Origin: Chiloscyllium plagiosum
Lineage: Eukaryota
Direction of reading: 5' to 3'
DNA: 64,000 nucleotides
Assembly: GCF_004010195.1 (NCBI RefSeq)
Contig: NC_057728.1
Span: forward strand, 50,730,782 to 50,794,781
Shown: piece by piece, positions 14,901-29,900 of the stretch
Numbering within the stretch: position 1 is the stretch's first letter
How the letters are laid out: every line of letters begins with the position of its first letter
Made by a program: the position numbers and the translations under genes
Notes under the pieces: model-generated
What the model was told of the DNA's origin: nothing
The model's database searches: none
What the model saw: only the letters and a program-made list of their open reading frames with translations

Positions 14901-17900
14901 TTGGACTGTGGGAGGAAGCCAGAGCACTCTGAGGAAACCCACGCAGACACGGGGAGAACGTGCAAACTCCACACAGAGTTTGGAGGTAGGAATTGAGCCT
15001 GGGTCCCTGGTACTGTGAGGCAACAGTGCTAACCACTGAGCCATCGTGCCGCCCAACTAATCTGGAACTCGAGGGCACAGTTTAAAAATAGAGGGGGTCT
15101 CACTTTTAAGATAGAGATGAGGAGGAATTTCTTCTCTGAGAGTCATTAGTGTTAGGAATTTTCTTCCCCGGAGAACAGTTGTTTAATATATTCAAGAGGG
15201 AATTAGATACTTTTATGATTCACAAGGAAGTTGAGGGTTATTGGTGACAGGCAGGACAAAGACTCTGTGGGGCAGGTTTGAGGGGCCGAATGACCTGCTC
15301 ATCCTCCAATTTCTTATGATCTTAATTCTTATGAGCTTATAAAATCCTTCATTATTATAAACACCTTAATCATGTCTGCTCCCAAAATCCTTCATTATTA
15401 TAAACACCTTAATCATGTCTGCTCCCAATCACTTAAACTGAAGGAAATATAATTAATATGTTAACTTTCTTCAAGACTTAACCCTTACTGCCTGGTAACG
15501 TTTCACCACCTCTTCCTGAAGGTGTGGTGCATAATCAAACACACTTATGAGAGATGCCGATACATAACTGAAGCATCCATCCATTATATTTGAAGATCCT
15601 TGAAGTTTAGGCCAATATTTATTTTTCACCTTTTTGATTCCAATTTGTCCCACTAGTACTTGGTGCAATTTGTACGTGACCACTAAATTTCTCTTAACAT
15701 CCACATTTGGTAGCTTCCCTCCATTTTGAAAATCTTTCTTTCCAAGAGAATGGTGTTGCCTTTTCCAAGATTGGATCTCACCACCTCCACCCCCCCGCCC
15801 CACTACCACCATCCAACACACATACACACAATTTACTACAGGGTGGTCCTTATCAGTGACACCATGAGAAAGTTCATTGAGGTTATTTAGATATGCTTGA
15901 CCCTTAAGGAGTCCCTGCAGATTGCCTTTGATTGGCTAATATTTGTGTAACTGTTGTGGCACTGTTTCTCTATTGACAGGCTCTGGTTGCTTCCCCACAG
16001 CTTCCCGAAATGTACAGGCCTGCTGTTGCTGCACGTCTCTCTTCCCACTGTTCTTAAACAATAGAGACAGAGGATCCTGGCGCTGTCACGATCTTATAGT
16101 ATTGGATACAACCTGGGACATCGTGGGTAGATTCATTGCCACCACTCCTTCATTGGTCTAAACCCTTGATAATGTTTTACGCAGAAGATCGGCTTAATCT
16201 TAATGAAACAGGAAATATGTTTGTTACATAGTTCTTAATAACTCATTACTTTATATCTAAGATACACAATTATCTCTTGTGAGATAGCAGCCTCAACTTA
16301 AGATTTTTGCTTTTCTTCAACTACAGAGTTAATATCCATCACTACTTTAGCTACACGGTATTCCTCACGATGTTGGTAGATGCCTATTAACACATACCTG
16401 CTGAAGGGCTTATGCCTGAAATGTTGATTCTCCTGTTCCTTGGGTGCTCCCTGACCTGCTGTGCTTTTCTAGCATCACACCTTTCCACTCTAGTCTCCAG
16501 CATCTTTCTCTCTAGATGCCTATTATCATCCTGGTTTTTTTTATTCTTGGTTTAATACTTCACTTTGGGCTTCAAAATTATAAATTACGAAGGAAGGAAG
16601 CAATAATGAAACTTTCTTCAGAAGCTATTTTGGAGGGAGTTATAATAGTCTCAAATTAAATATGACAGAAACTAAATGACAGGAACATTGAATAGAAAAG
16701 GACAAACTATAATGAGTAGAGCAGAGTGGTAGTAAAGAGAGATCCATTGTTCAGATTTCTTAGTGGCTAAGTGTAATATATTAAAAATGCCATCTCTTAT
16801 ACATTCTTTTTAATTTGAAAGAAGTTATTTTCTCTAGCCACAGTTAGGTGTACAGAACAACCTCAGTCAGCTGAACGTCAATTATATGAAGTTCGGATTG
16901 TCTGAACAAGATCTCAAGGTCCCATAAAAACATTATCCATTATCCAAACAATCAATTATCTGAACAATCAGTTATCCAAACAAAACACTCCCCGCCTGTC
17001 TCGTTCAGATAATTGAGGTTGTTCTGTATTTTGTTTATTCAAACATATGATTGTATCTGTATCCACTCCAGCCTTTACCAGCAAAATCCAAAATGCTTGA
17101 TGAAAATGTTTTGCTTGGAAATTTGTTTTTGCTTCAGTTGCTAAAATTTGAAGGTACAGGGACCCTTTTGCTCCAGAGTAGTTCCTTGCTGTCACTGGGT
17201 CAAAAGCTTTGCATTCCCTTCCTAACAACCCCAAGGGTTTACCCTACACCCCAAGGCCTGCAGTAGTTCAGGAAGGCACCTCACCATCACCTTCTCAAGG
17301 GCAATTGGGTGTGCAATTAGTGTTGTCCCAGCCAGCAACACCCACATTCTGTGAACAACTTGCAAAAACTATTCTTATGATCTGTTCTCAGTTCTTTCCC
17401 AAGTCAATTTTTATTGAGTGTTTCTCAAAGAAAAGGTTAGTGCAAAAGGGAAAAATAAATTCCATTTGACTTCAAAGTATATTGAGCTGTGCCACAACCT
17501 GTCCTGTCACTTGAACCTTGTAAAATTCATAGATGATCCTGTTAAAGTACAGACATATATTAAGTTAAAAATGTAATGTCGGCCATAAGTGCACAGGTTA
17601 GGTGGGCGGCTGAAATCATTGGGGTTAGGTCTGTTTCATTGTGAGAAATGTTGTATATTCCAAATGAGAGCCTATGTCCCTTTATTTATCCCAGTATTTA
17701 TTCTTTGAGATTGTACTCAAGAACCAGGAGCAGGAGTAGGCTACTTGGCCTGTCATGTCTGCTCCCCCATTCAATAAGATCATGGCTGACCTTTGCTTAA
17801 ACCCAGCTCCGTTTACCCGCCCATTCACCATAACCCTTAATTCCTTTACTGTTCAAAAATCTGTCTATCTTTGCCTTAAAAACATTCCATGAGGTAGCCT

Positions 17901-20900
17901 TAACTCCTTCACTGGGCAGGGAATCCCACAGATTCACAACCCTTTGGGTGAACAAGTTCCTCCTCAATTCAGTCCGAAATCTGCCCTCCCTTATTTTGAG
18001 GCTATATTCCCTTGTTCTAGTTTCACTTGCCAATGAAAGAAACCTCCATGATTCTGTCTTAACTATTCCCGTCATAATGTTATATGTTTTTATAAGATCC
18101 GTCACATTCTTCTAAATTCCAATGAGTACAGTCCCATTTTGCCCCATCTCTCCTCATAAAGCAACCCTCTCAATTCCAGAATCAACCTAGTGAACCTCTT
18201 TGCATCCCTTCCAGTGCCACGACATCTCTTCTCAAGTAAGGAGATCAAAACTGTACATAGTACTCGAGGTGTGGCCTTACTAGCACCCACCCTATACAGC
18301 TGCAGGTCCACTTATAGCATACTAATGAAATCAGTTAGCAGTTCACTTCAGTGTTCTGCAAACAAAGTTTTACTTTATTTTCTAGGCGTGCATAATGTTA
18401 GTAAGGCTCCAGTTGCAGTGTGTGTGAAAGTAAGGCGGTATTAGATTAACCCTGGGCTCACATGTCAGGAGTCCAGCGAAAATGGCCACCTCAGTCTCAT
18501 TATTTCTTCATGTGGACCCATCTCAGCTGGAGAGACGGTGTGTCGAGCTGCTGAGTGAGAAACAAGAGTCAAAGCTAGAGAATCAGAGGCTACGACAGAT
18601 GAATGATGAGTTGGAGAAACATCTCCAGAAAGTGAATAATGACCTGCTGGGTGTTCACCGTCAAATGCAGGTACTGGAGGAAGAAACATCTCAACAGCAG
18701 GAAGAAAGAGAAATGTAAGTTCCTGCAGCAATAACTACGAGGATCAGTTTTACACTGTAAACTTAAAATGGAGGAAATTATGCTCCAGGTAGTTAGAATT
18801 ATGAATATTGACATGTGCTTTAATCATTCAGTTATTTGGTCACTGTGCAGTAAACACCATTTTTCAGTTTGTATTACCTTAATTATGTGATTCTATGGAA
18901 CTCTACTGATTTAATATATTGTTTGTAGCTTTATATCCTAAGAGGTCCTTGTGCAAAATCCAATATTATCTTTTGAGAGAATATATCCTTCATTGTTATA
19001 GCAAGGTCAAGAAGTTCCAAACCCAATAAAGAATGTAGATGCAGTTGAAGTAACTTTGGGAGGGTATTACACACATTGCTATTTCACTGTCAAGCTCAGT
19101 CAAAAGTTTAATTTGATCTTCCTCAACTGCCCATCTTAGAGAGGCACTGCAAATCTGGTTGTGAAAATGCTTAATGTTGGTTGATAAAGGACTTTTAATC
19201 ATCATAGAATCCCTCCGAAGGGTATACCACCCAGACCCATTCCCCTGCCCTATTACACTACATTTCCCATGACTAATTTACCTAATCTACACATCCCTGA
19301 ACAGTATGGGCAATTTAGCATGGCCAGTTCACCTAACCTCCACATCATTGGATTGTGGGAGGAAACCGGAGTACCCGGAAGGGATGCACGCAGACACAGG
19401 GAGAATTTGCAAACTCCACACAGACAGTCACCCGAGGCTGGAATCAAACCCAGGTCGCTGGCGCTATGAGGCAGCAGTGCTAACCACTGAGCCACCATGC
19501 TGCCCTTTTATTCCATTCTTGCTTGATATAATTGATGGAGCTCTTTGAGGAATTGATGGATAAAATGTTGCAGATGATATTTATAGGGACTTCCAGAAGC
19601 TTTTGGCAGCTTGCCACTCAAGAGACTACTGGAAATGATCTAGGGACGAAGAGTAAGGTAAATGTTGCCATTGGAATAATAAGTAAATTGAAAACAAGGA
19701 AAGTAGAGTCAAAATTAAGGACAGCTTGTCCAAAAATGTAGAGGCATGTACTGATGTCTCACAAGTTCTGGTTTCTCTCCATGCTTTAAAAATCAAAGGG
19801 AGAAATGTCCAGATAATATCAAAACAAGAGACGATGTAAATAATTCTAAGGACCAAAATTAGATATGGGGATTGTTCATAGGTTAGAAGAGTGGCAAAAT
19901 TATAGAATTCCTATAGTGTGGAAGCAGGCCATTCAACCCATTGAATCCACACCAACCCTTCAAAGAACATCGCACCCAGACCCACTCCATCCATATAACC
20001 CTGTATTTCCCGTGGTTAATCCACCCTAGCCTATACATCCCTGACAACTATAGGCATCTTTCTGTGGCCAATCCATCTGACCTGCACATCTTTGAACTAT
20101 GGGAAGAAACCATGGCACCCAGGGGAAATCCACGTGGACACAGGGAGAATGTGTAAACCGCACATAGACAGTCACTCAAGGCTGGAATCAAACCCAGGTC
20201 TCTGGTGCTGTGGTAAGAACTACTGAGCCACTGTGCCACCCTGGTGGATGGAACTCAATATCAGTAAATGTTAGGTGATAAGTTTGGGGTGAAATATTAA
20301 ATGCATGTGGGAAATGCAGAGAGATTTGGGGAACAAGTGCATCACTATTAAAAGCGATGTTTCAAGTGATTAAGATCTTAAAAGCTTAATGGATTCCTGG
20401 GTTAAATGACAAGAGGTATAGAATTTAAAAGTCAAAACGTAATGTTGAATCTGTCTAAAACCTGAGTAGCACTGTATTTGGAGACCATATAGTCTTGGGT
20501 TCCATGCTGTTGGAAGGATGTTGGAGCAATGAAGTGGGAATAGTACAGGTTCTGTCAAAAAGCAACACAATAACACTGAAATAAATAGGAAAACATAAGT
20601 GGAGGTTTCAACTAAGGAGATAGTGGTAGAAATATGTCCAGTTCTGAATGGATAGGACAGGATAAATGTAAACCAGGGATTTGAATGTTTTAGTGGTTAA
20701 TGCATCTAAAACAAAACAAAGTGAGGATAGGCTGAAGTGTAAGGTCTCGGACAGAGCTTTGTGATGTTATGGACCAGGCCAGACCCCCTCAAAACATTTC
20801 AAGTAAGTAGCCCGGATCCTAACTTTGCTGGTTGTTTTAAGCAGGTGTACAGTGGATATTCCCAGAGGGATGCAGCTGGTCAAACCACTTAGTTTTATCA

Positions 20901-23900
20901 AATCAGAATTTATTTGCAAGATTACCAAACGAAATGCAAACAAAAGAGAACAGAATATTGAATAACTTAGCCTATCCAAACTTAATGATGCTGTTCCAAA
21001 TACTTGCAACGATCCCCGTAAACACCCCTTGGCAAAAAAAGGTAAAATCAAACACAGGATCTTGCAGGAGAGAGAGAGAGAGATGGCAGAGAGATTCTGC
21101 ATGGAACACCACCTTGCATTTAGCTGTTTCTTTGACCAGCAGCCTCAAAGAACTGACTGCTTTCTCTGAACAGGCACACTGCTAAAGCCCAAACCAAACC
21201 AGAGAAAAGCTGAGCTGGGAGAACTGGCCTCTCCCCATTCATTGTACAAGTTTTTTTTTTAACTTGAAAGCATTTTTCCTAAGGCAGTATTTGTTAGCTA
21301 TAATCAAATTGGCCCTAAAACCCATCCAAGCCAGATGTCTCGGCAACTCTGCCTTGTTCAACACTTTTGAAAAAAACCAAGGACAACATAACTTTGTTAA
21401 AGGAGCAGCATCATCACAACGAGAATTTGTTTTTGGCTTATCTTTTACTTATTGTTTATTAAAGGAATCCCAAATGAGCAAACAATGTATCGTGCACAAA
21501 TCCTTTCCTTGCTAGTTAGTTTAATTACAGAATGTGCCATTACACATCTCAACCTGCTACCTACAAACCAACAACCCTTCTCTATTTGTGTTCAAGATAA
21601 TTAATCAGTCAAGACCCTGTTTATTCTTAACTAATAATGCATATAACATTGACATTGTTCAATGGCTTACGACAGTATTTTGATCAAGTGGATTGTACAT
21701 GCTGAAAGAAGAGAGAGAATGTGACGGTGGTTAAGTAAATCTGGGTAATAATTCCTTCCTTTAGTTTTCCTTTCATATACTTGATCTGAATGTGGTGATT
21801 CCCCACTTAATTTTCAAATTGCCCCGTCATAGACTTAGCAGTGCAGGCAGCAGGAACATAAAGGTTTCATCAATGCATCAGTGTTCCTGGTGTTAACCTG
21901 GACTATACAAGTGAACTCCTAGTTTTAATTGTCTCTCTCCAGAAAATGTTGGAAGTGTAGTGGAGGTCCTTCAGCTTCAGTACCTCTTTTCGAATTGTAT
22001 CCTTTATTTGGTATTGTCTCTCCTCATCCTTCTAGCAAAATGTAGGACTTCTTGCACATCACTGCATTAAATGTCATCTACCACATGTCCAACCTTCTCA
22101 TCAGTCTGTCTCTGACTTATTGAATCCTTTCACTGTCCTCCTTGCTACTTAAAGTATGTCCAACATTGTGTCATCCGCAGGCTTTGAAACCATGATCTAT
22201 CCACCAAAGCCTGAATTGTTAATGTGTGTCCAGTAAGACTACTGACACTGAGAGAAACCTCACTTCCTTCAATCACCACACTGTTTCCTATAGCTCAGCC
22301 AAACTCACTGATACAATAATAAGGTGCTGCACACAAACAAATTTCAAATGTGAATTGTTTAAAAAGATACTAGTTAAATTGTAAAACAGATCAGTCTCTA
22401 GGTTCCATGAGAGATAGCTGGTGGAACCTAATTCCTGTTTGTTAGGATCATACTGGTGATTGGTAGTGAAGCAGTTTTAGATTAGATTACTTACAGTGTG
22501 GAAACAGGCCCTTCAACCCAACAAGTCCACACCAACCCGCCGAAGTGCAACCCACTCAGACCCATTCCCTTACACCTAACACTCCGGGCAATTTAGCATG
22601 GCCAATTCACCTAACCTGCACATTTTTGGATTGTGGGAGGAAACCGGAGCACCCGGAGGAAACCCACGCAGATACGGGGAGAATGTGCAAACTCCACAAA
22701 GAGAGTTGCCTGAGGTGGGAATGGAATCCGGGTCTCTGGCACTGTGAAGCGGTTGTGCTAACCACTGTGCCACCGTGCCGCCCACAGTTGATTTCAAGAT
22801 TCTGAAAGTTAGCTCACAAACTTGCCTTGTTTCTTTTGTGATGATATGCTGCCCTGCTCGACACAATACTCAGAGCAAGAGACAGCCTTTCTTTACCTGC
22901 AATGCATGTAAAAGTAATAGCTGGCCTAAAGCTGTGACCTTCACAGTACATCAGTGTGCACTAACACATCGGCCCAACAATATATTGAGATGAGGGCTAG
23001 GGATTTTTCAATTGTTGCGTATTCTTGAGTAAACTTGAGAGGGTAAAACACAAATAAAAACAAAGTATTGGAGACCTAAAATCAAAGCCAGAAGAGCCAT
23101 ACTGGCTTTGAAATGGTAACTCTGTTTCACTCTCCACAAATGTTGCCAGACCTGCTGAGTAGTGCCAGCACTTTGTGTTTTTATGTTAGAGCGTTTTGGC
23201 TCAAGTCCACAGTCTGGGATATAACAGTCAGTTTTTGCCTTCAATCCCTTTGTTTTAAGTGTCATTATTTGAAGTTTCGTTCACATTGTACAGGTCTGAC
23301 ATTGCACGGGTTCACACTGTGGCCTTTGGTGCTCAGTCAATTCCGTTTTCAGGATTCACATTATCACCCATTCTTATTTTGAGAGTCTTCTTTAAAGTAA
23401 CACATGTTTTGTTTAAAAGTACGATATGTCCATCAGTAATTTGGGGTTATGAACTGTTGTCAGGAGTATTGAAAGATTCTGGCCAATGACTTTATCATTT
23501 TCAGCAATTCTTTCTTCAATATCCCCATCTAGTCCTGGTGTTTTTTGATTGAAAATAAAGAATGGAAGGCTGCAATTTTAAATTGAGGAAGAGGTAAAAC
23601 ACCTATTGAGATGTAATTTAGTATTTGAAGCTGTTTATTAATATAGCTGAATGATGTATTTTCCTCAGGGAGCTATATCGAGTGACTGAGGGTCTGGAGA
23701 GAGAGAAGTTGAGCCTCTGTAAACAGTTAGATCTCCTCAGGTAAGAAATCGATACTGACTCCAATATTAAACTGTGATCATAACTTGTAGTTTATAAAGT
23801 CTTGAGACCGCAGGGTGAAAATCAACAATTTCCGGCAAGCTGCCTAACCATTTGTAACTTGGCCACAAGAGATTTGAGTGCTGTGTAAAGAATAAGATTT

Positions 23901-26900
23901 ATTTAGTTTTTAATTAATACTGCGATACAATAGTTGTTTAGAAGTACTGTTATTGCTGAGAAAAGGCACATTTTGTCAAAGCCTTCCACTCATAAGGATG
24001 ATTCGCAAGAATGCCAAAGTGAAAACAGAACAACCTTTTTAAAGTGGAGAAGAGGAGAGTGTTGATTGGTTGGCAAATGGACTCTGATTGGTAGATATGT
24101 ATTTTCCATGGCAATGGCACTCATTTTAAAATTTGTTTTGCATGCAACTCCAGCTGTGAAACGTAGTCTCCATAAACTAAAACAAAGACCTGTGGATGCT
24201 GAAGATCTGAAACAAAAAAGGGAATTGCTGCAGAAACTCAACAGGTCTGGCATCATCTGTGGAGAGAAAGCACAGTTTATGCTTTGAATCCAGTGACTTT
24301 GAACTGATGCTGCCAGACCTGTGTATACATGTAGTGACATGTTAGGTGTAGCAATCCAATTTGAGGTCCCTTCAATCTCTCAATCTCTCGCTATTCTGGT
24401 TCCAACATTGGAGAAACCTTAATACTTACAGACAGGCACTTCTTTCACACATTACTTTGTCATATTATTGATCTTGTTAATGTCAGTGGTGCCAATTTTC
24501 CACTTAGACTCATTCTTGTTTAACATCTATTGTGATGTATTGAAACTACTATTTTTGTGTGCATCAAAGATGAAAACATAAATCTTAAAAGGGCTTGGTG
24601 GAACCACCTATGACTGGACAAAACACAGAAAAAGAAGCTGTGACAGTTGTTAATCTGTGGAACTCAGAAATGTCCACAAAACACCTGCAATCAGCAGTTG
24701 AAGCATCTAAGCGTTTGCTAGAATCATCTAAAATATCAATCCATTTGTGTAATTTGGGTAATGAACAGAGTCAAGAAATGTGCAAGATGTCACCAAACAT
24801 GTCATATATCCTGTAAATTAATTAGGTTTATAACAAATGGTTGGGAATCACAATGTATTTATTCCCATAAATACAGTTCGAGTTTCAGATTGAATATTGG
24901 ATTTGTCCTCATAGTTTTGAGTAACATTTTATTTCTTGAACTTACATGCAACTATTCTGCAGGGAAATGAATAAACATCTTCAAGAGGAACGAGATATGT
25001 CCCTGATGGGTTTTCAGGTGAGTCATTGACTGAAATCTAATACGGATCTGAGTGACGTAGACTAAGGCAGGATTTGTGACAGAACCAGGCAAGAAGTGCA
25101 GGGAGGCCTATCTCCATGTTACTACCTCTTCTGTGCATCTATTAGATTAGATTAGATTACAGTGTGGAAACAGGCCCTTCGGCCCAACAAGTCCACACCG
25201 ACCCGCCGAAGCGAAACCCACCCATACCCCTACATTTACCCCTTACCTAACACTACGGGCAATTTAGTATGGCCAATTCACCTGACCCTGCACATCTTTG
25301 GACTGTGGGAGGAAACCGGAGCACCCGGAGGAAACCCACGCAGACACGGGGAGAACGTGCAAACTCCACACAGTCAGTCGCCTGAGGCGGGAATTGAACC
25401 CGGGTCTCTGGCGCTGTGAGGCAAATAGTGCTAACCACTGTGCCACCGTGCCGCCCACTCTACTGAGTGGCAAGGTGAGTTGCCCATTAAGAAGGATTGT
25501 AAATTGTTAAATGCCTCAATGACAGCACAACTGACCTCATTAATAATCCGCTTCCGACTGTACCAAATGCACTGAGCAAGCTAGACATGACGAGTTCTCG
25601 ACATGCAAGTGAGAGCAGCTCACTGGCGGCTTTAGCTTGCTCCTTGCTTGATTCTTCCTGTGGGACACTGGGCACCAATGTTACCTGAAAGGAGTACTCA
25701 AAGCTTTCACCCCGTGTGATAGATAAATGACAGGGAGCTGATTCACGCTTTAATTAAACAAACCTTTCTTTAACTCCTTAAGTTCCAATACTCAATGTAG
25801 AACATACATTTGTTGCAACATTGACTTCTTACTTGGACTAACTTAATTTCAATTCTAACTCACTTCATTTAACCTCACTTTACCTTTAACTTAATTCACA
25901 TATAACTCTAACTCTGTAGGTTTGGCTTAAAACAATATGAGTTGAAACTTTATTGCTGGAACAGCACAGCAGTTCTAACTCACTTCATTTAACCTCACTT
26001 TACCTTTAACTTAATTCACATATAACTCTAACTCTGTAGGTTTGGCTTAAAACAATATAACCCCAATTTGAATGAAATGGCCAACCTTGCTCTTAGTGTA
26101 GATCTTGCCTCAATTCTATGTCCCCTCTGAAGATAACTTCAGGGCGCTTAATTACAAAAGTTGATCTCGAGATCTCAAGTCACAACATATCCTGATCGCA
26201 GTTTTAACTGAGGTCAGAGTGCAAAATAGCTTGACCAAATTTCCCAGCATGCTTGATTGTAGCTCTTAGCCAGTCACATAACCATTTCTGCTGCTGGCCG
26301 CATGACACCAATATCTCAGGTCCGCTCTATAGGCTCAGCCACATGCAGCCCCTGTCCATAGATGTTTGCATCTAACGTACCAATCTCTAAAAACCCTCAT
26401 GGCACAACTCCATTTAATGTTCTACACTTCAGTGCTTCACCTTAGCAACTATCATCGTAATGTTGCGGCAAGGACACTGTGCATCAGGTACGCACACCCA
26501 ACTCATGGCTACCTCTGGCCAATTTGCTTGTACCCTTAGCATTCGCTCACACTGAGCCTACATCCCTACCTTGCCTTGCCTTTCTTCTGCTTCTCCCCGC
26601 TTAGCCAGAGCTACTAAGCTCACAGACTGCTGTATTTAATACATACACAAAATCCGGAAACTTGTCATGGTTGCCAGCAGTCAAAGGAGATAGTTTCAAG
26701 CCCTTGAAACTGTCAGTCAGTCACTGGGGACAACGTAGACAGAATGCTTTCCACTTGAAATGTAAAGAGCTAAATGTTAGGGGGAACATTACCCACCATG
26801 ACTCTTTCTGCCTTATTAGGGGCTGCTTTCCTCCTGGAATGGGAGCAAGGCAGATGTTAAAGGAGATGAGGGTAGTGGCACACCTGTTAGTTTTGGTGCA

Positions 26901-29900
26901 GATGGGGATGTGTCCCGAGTGAGAGTACGCAGCACTGAGGACATGCAGGGTTAGTGGTATCAGGGAGTTGGGATGCGTGACAGTGAGTGAGGGAAGATGT
27001 TGTGAGCAATAGTGAGAGAAATGCGTTTTTGATGGGGGGTGGTTACAATAGCAGAGGTAGAGTGAGTGTGAGGGAGCAGAGAGAAGACTCACGGTGGTGG
27101 ATTGGAGGAGATCACACACCTTCTTCCTCCAGTGCTGGTGTTCTTTCAGACCTCAATTGTCTGGGTGGCACCCTCGGACCAGGCTGGCACGGTCTGATGT
27201 TTTGGCCTCCACTGCTGGCCTCAGGGGGAATGAGGAATCTCTCCCCATGCACCATTACCCTGTCCAGCTGAAGGTCAGGTTCCTGCCCGTAATGTGGGGC
27301 AGCGATATGCCCTGTCAGCCATGTCTGGTGAAAAAGGCAGGATCCATGGATAATGGCATTTTAAAGATGGTACCAGTGCCTGGGATGCCAGTCAATTCTG
27401 GGATATCTCCGCAGTGACAGATTGTTCTGGGAAGAGCATGTGATTTGATGGAGGTAAAATCAGCCAACAGGTATGATTGAATTGAGTTGAATTCATTGTC
27501 ACGTGTACTGAGGCACAGTGAAAAACGTTATCTTGCAAGCAATACAGGCAGATCACAGAGTTAAGTAACATAGATAAGTAAATAATAAGTAAACAGCAGC
27601 AAAAACAAAAACACAGGTACAGGCAAATGCTAGGAGTTTGTGAGTCCATTCAATATTCTAACAACAGTAGGGTAGAAACTGTTTTAAAATCGGCTGGTGC
27701 GTGTGTTCAGTCTTCTGTAGCTTCTCCCTGATGGTAGCGGTTGTAGAAAAACATTGCCAGTGTGGGATGGATCTTTAAGAATGCTGGCGGCCTTTCGTTG
27801 ACAGCGGGCCTGGTAGATGGATTCTATAGATAGGAGGTTGGCCTTTGTGATTGTCCAGGCCGAGTTCATCACTCTCTGTAACCATCTCTGATCTTGAATT
27901 GTACAGTTGCCAAACCAGGGAGTGATACACCCAGACAGAATGCTCTCGATGGCGCACCTATAAATGTTGGCAAGGATCTTCGCTGTCATGCCAAATTTCC
28001 TCAGCTGCCTGAGGAAGAAGAGACGTTGTTGGGCCTTTGTAACCAGTGTGTCCACATGAAGAGTCCAAGAAAGCTGGATGTGGATGTTCACCCCCAGGAG
28101 CTTGACACTCTCCACTCATTCGACCTCTGTGCTGTAACTGTGTAGGGGGGATGAGTCACATCCCGCTGAAAGTCGATAATGATAGGGGCAGACAGGAGGT
28201 TAATAAGAAAAATTTGGTAAAAGAAAGCTCACCAAAAAGCCTTCCAAAAACCCAATGCAACTGTCACTTAGCCAATAAATTGGTAAGATTCAGCCCATTG
28301 CCTTTTTCCTTTCAGTGTCCTTTAGTGTTGTGGTTCTGTTCGCCGAGCTGGGAATTTGTGTTGCAGAGTCGGTATATTGGGTCCAGGTTGATGTGCTTAT
28401 TGATTGAATCTGTGGATGAGTGCCATGCCTCTAGGAATTCCCTGGCTGTTCTCTGTTTGGCTTGTCCTATAATAGTAGTGTTGTCCCAGTCGAATTCATG
28501 TTGCTTGTCATCTGCGTGTGTGGCTACTAAGGATAGCTGGTTGTGTCGTTTCGTGGCTAGTTGGTGTTCATGGATGCAGATCCATTGAGCAAAACCAATG
28601 TAGTGTACAAACTCCCATGCAAGGACAGCACAAAACACTACATAGGACAAACAGGAAGACAGCTAACGATCCACATCCATGAACACCAACTAGCCANNNN
28701 NNNNNNNNNNNNNNNNNNNNNNNNNNNNNNNNNNNNNNNNNNNNNNNNNNNNNNNNNNNNNNNNNNNNNNNNNNNNNNNNNNNNNNNNNNNNNNNNNNNN
28801 NNNNNNNNNNNNNNNNNNNNNNNNNNNNNNNNNNNNNNNNNNNNNNNNNNNNNNNNNNNNNNNNNNNNNNNNNNNNNNNNNNNNNNNNNNNNNNNCACTA
28901 TAATGCCGGGAGGAAAGATCACAGAAGCGCTTCACAGGAGGCTCCCAAGCACTGAGGATGTCACCCAGACAGGGGACGAAACGTCTGCAACACAAATTCC
29001 CAGCTCGGCGAACAGAACCACAACAACGAGCACCCGAGCTACAAATCTTCTCACAAACAATATCCTTTACATATAGACATGGTAAATGTCTACTCAGATA
29101 AATTGCTGCAAGGTTGTAACCCTTTAAAAATGTTTCTTGGGGATCACATGTCCATGAGATGATTCACATCTTTATCATTTCACAGAAACCTTCCGTCCGT
29201 GGCTCTTCCGCCTTCTTGAATCAAAGGGTATCTGTCATCACTGATCCACATACAGATCCCAGGCTGTTCTGCAACAGGTAATACTGTTATACTGTCAGCT
29301 CACTGTCTTGTTCGACACTCCAGCTTACCGCACGAGCCTGTTGATACGGCAAAACCTTAAATATCAAACAGAATCACAGAACTGTCACAGCCCAGAAGGG
29401 ATCCATTCGATCCGTTATGTCTCTGCTAGCTTTCCCATTGAGCGTGCCACCTTGTGCCATTCTCCTGCAATTTTCCTCCATCATCCTGCACATTGTTGCC
29501 TTTCACAGAACAATCTAGCTCCCATTTTGCTTGCCTCAACCGAGCACTCTTTCAGGCACTGCATTCCAGAGTGAGGCCAATCACAGTGTGAAAAAGATTT
29601 CCCTCCAATCACTTTTTTGCCAACCACATCAATTTTGTGCCTTCTTGTTCCCGATGCTTTTACCAATGAGAATTCTTTTTTCCCTACTCACTGTGTCAGG
29701 ACTTCACACGGTTTTGAATACTTTGACCAGCCTTTTCTTCTGTGGACAGAGCAGTTCGAATTTCTCCAACCTATTGACATGACTGTAACTCCCCATCACC
29801 AGAACTATTCTCATGAATCTTTACTGTCCTCCCTCCAATGCCTTCACATCCTTCCTTCACACAGAGTCATAGAGATGTACAGCACGAAAACAGACCGTTC

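Noticed and set aside
26200..27420. GC-richer stretch with several 85-130 aa ORFs
   Set aside because: No recognisable motifs or phase-compatible exon; probably decayed repeat that I cannot classify.
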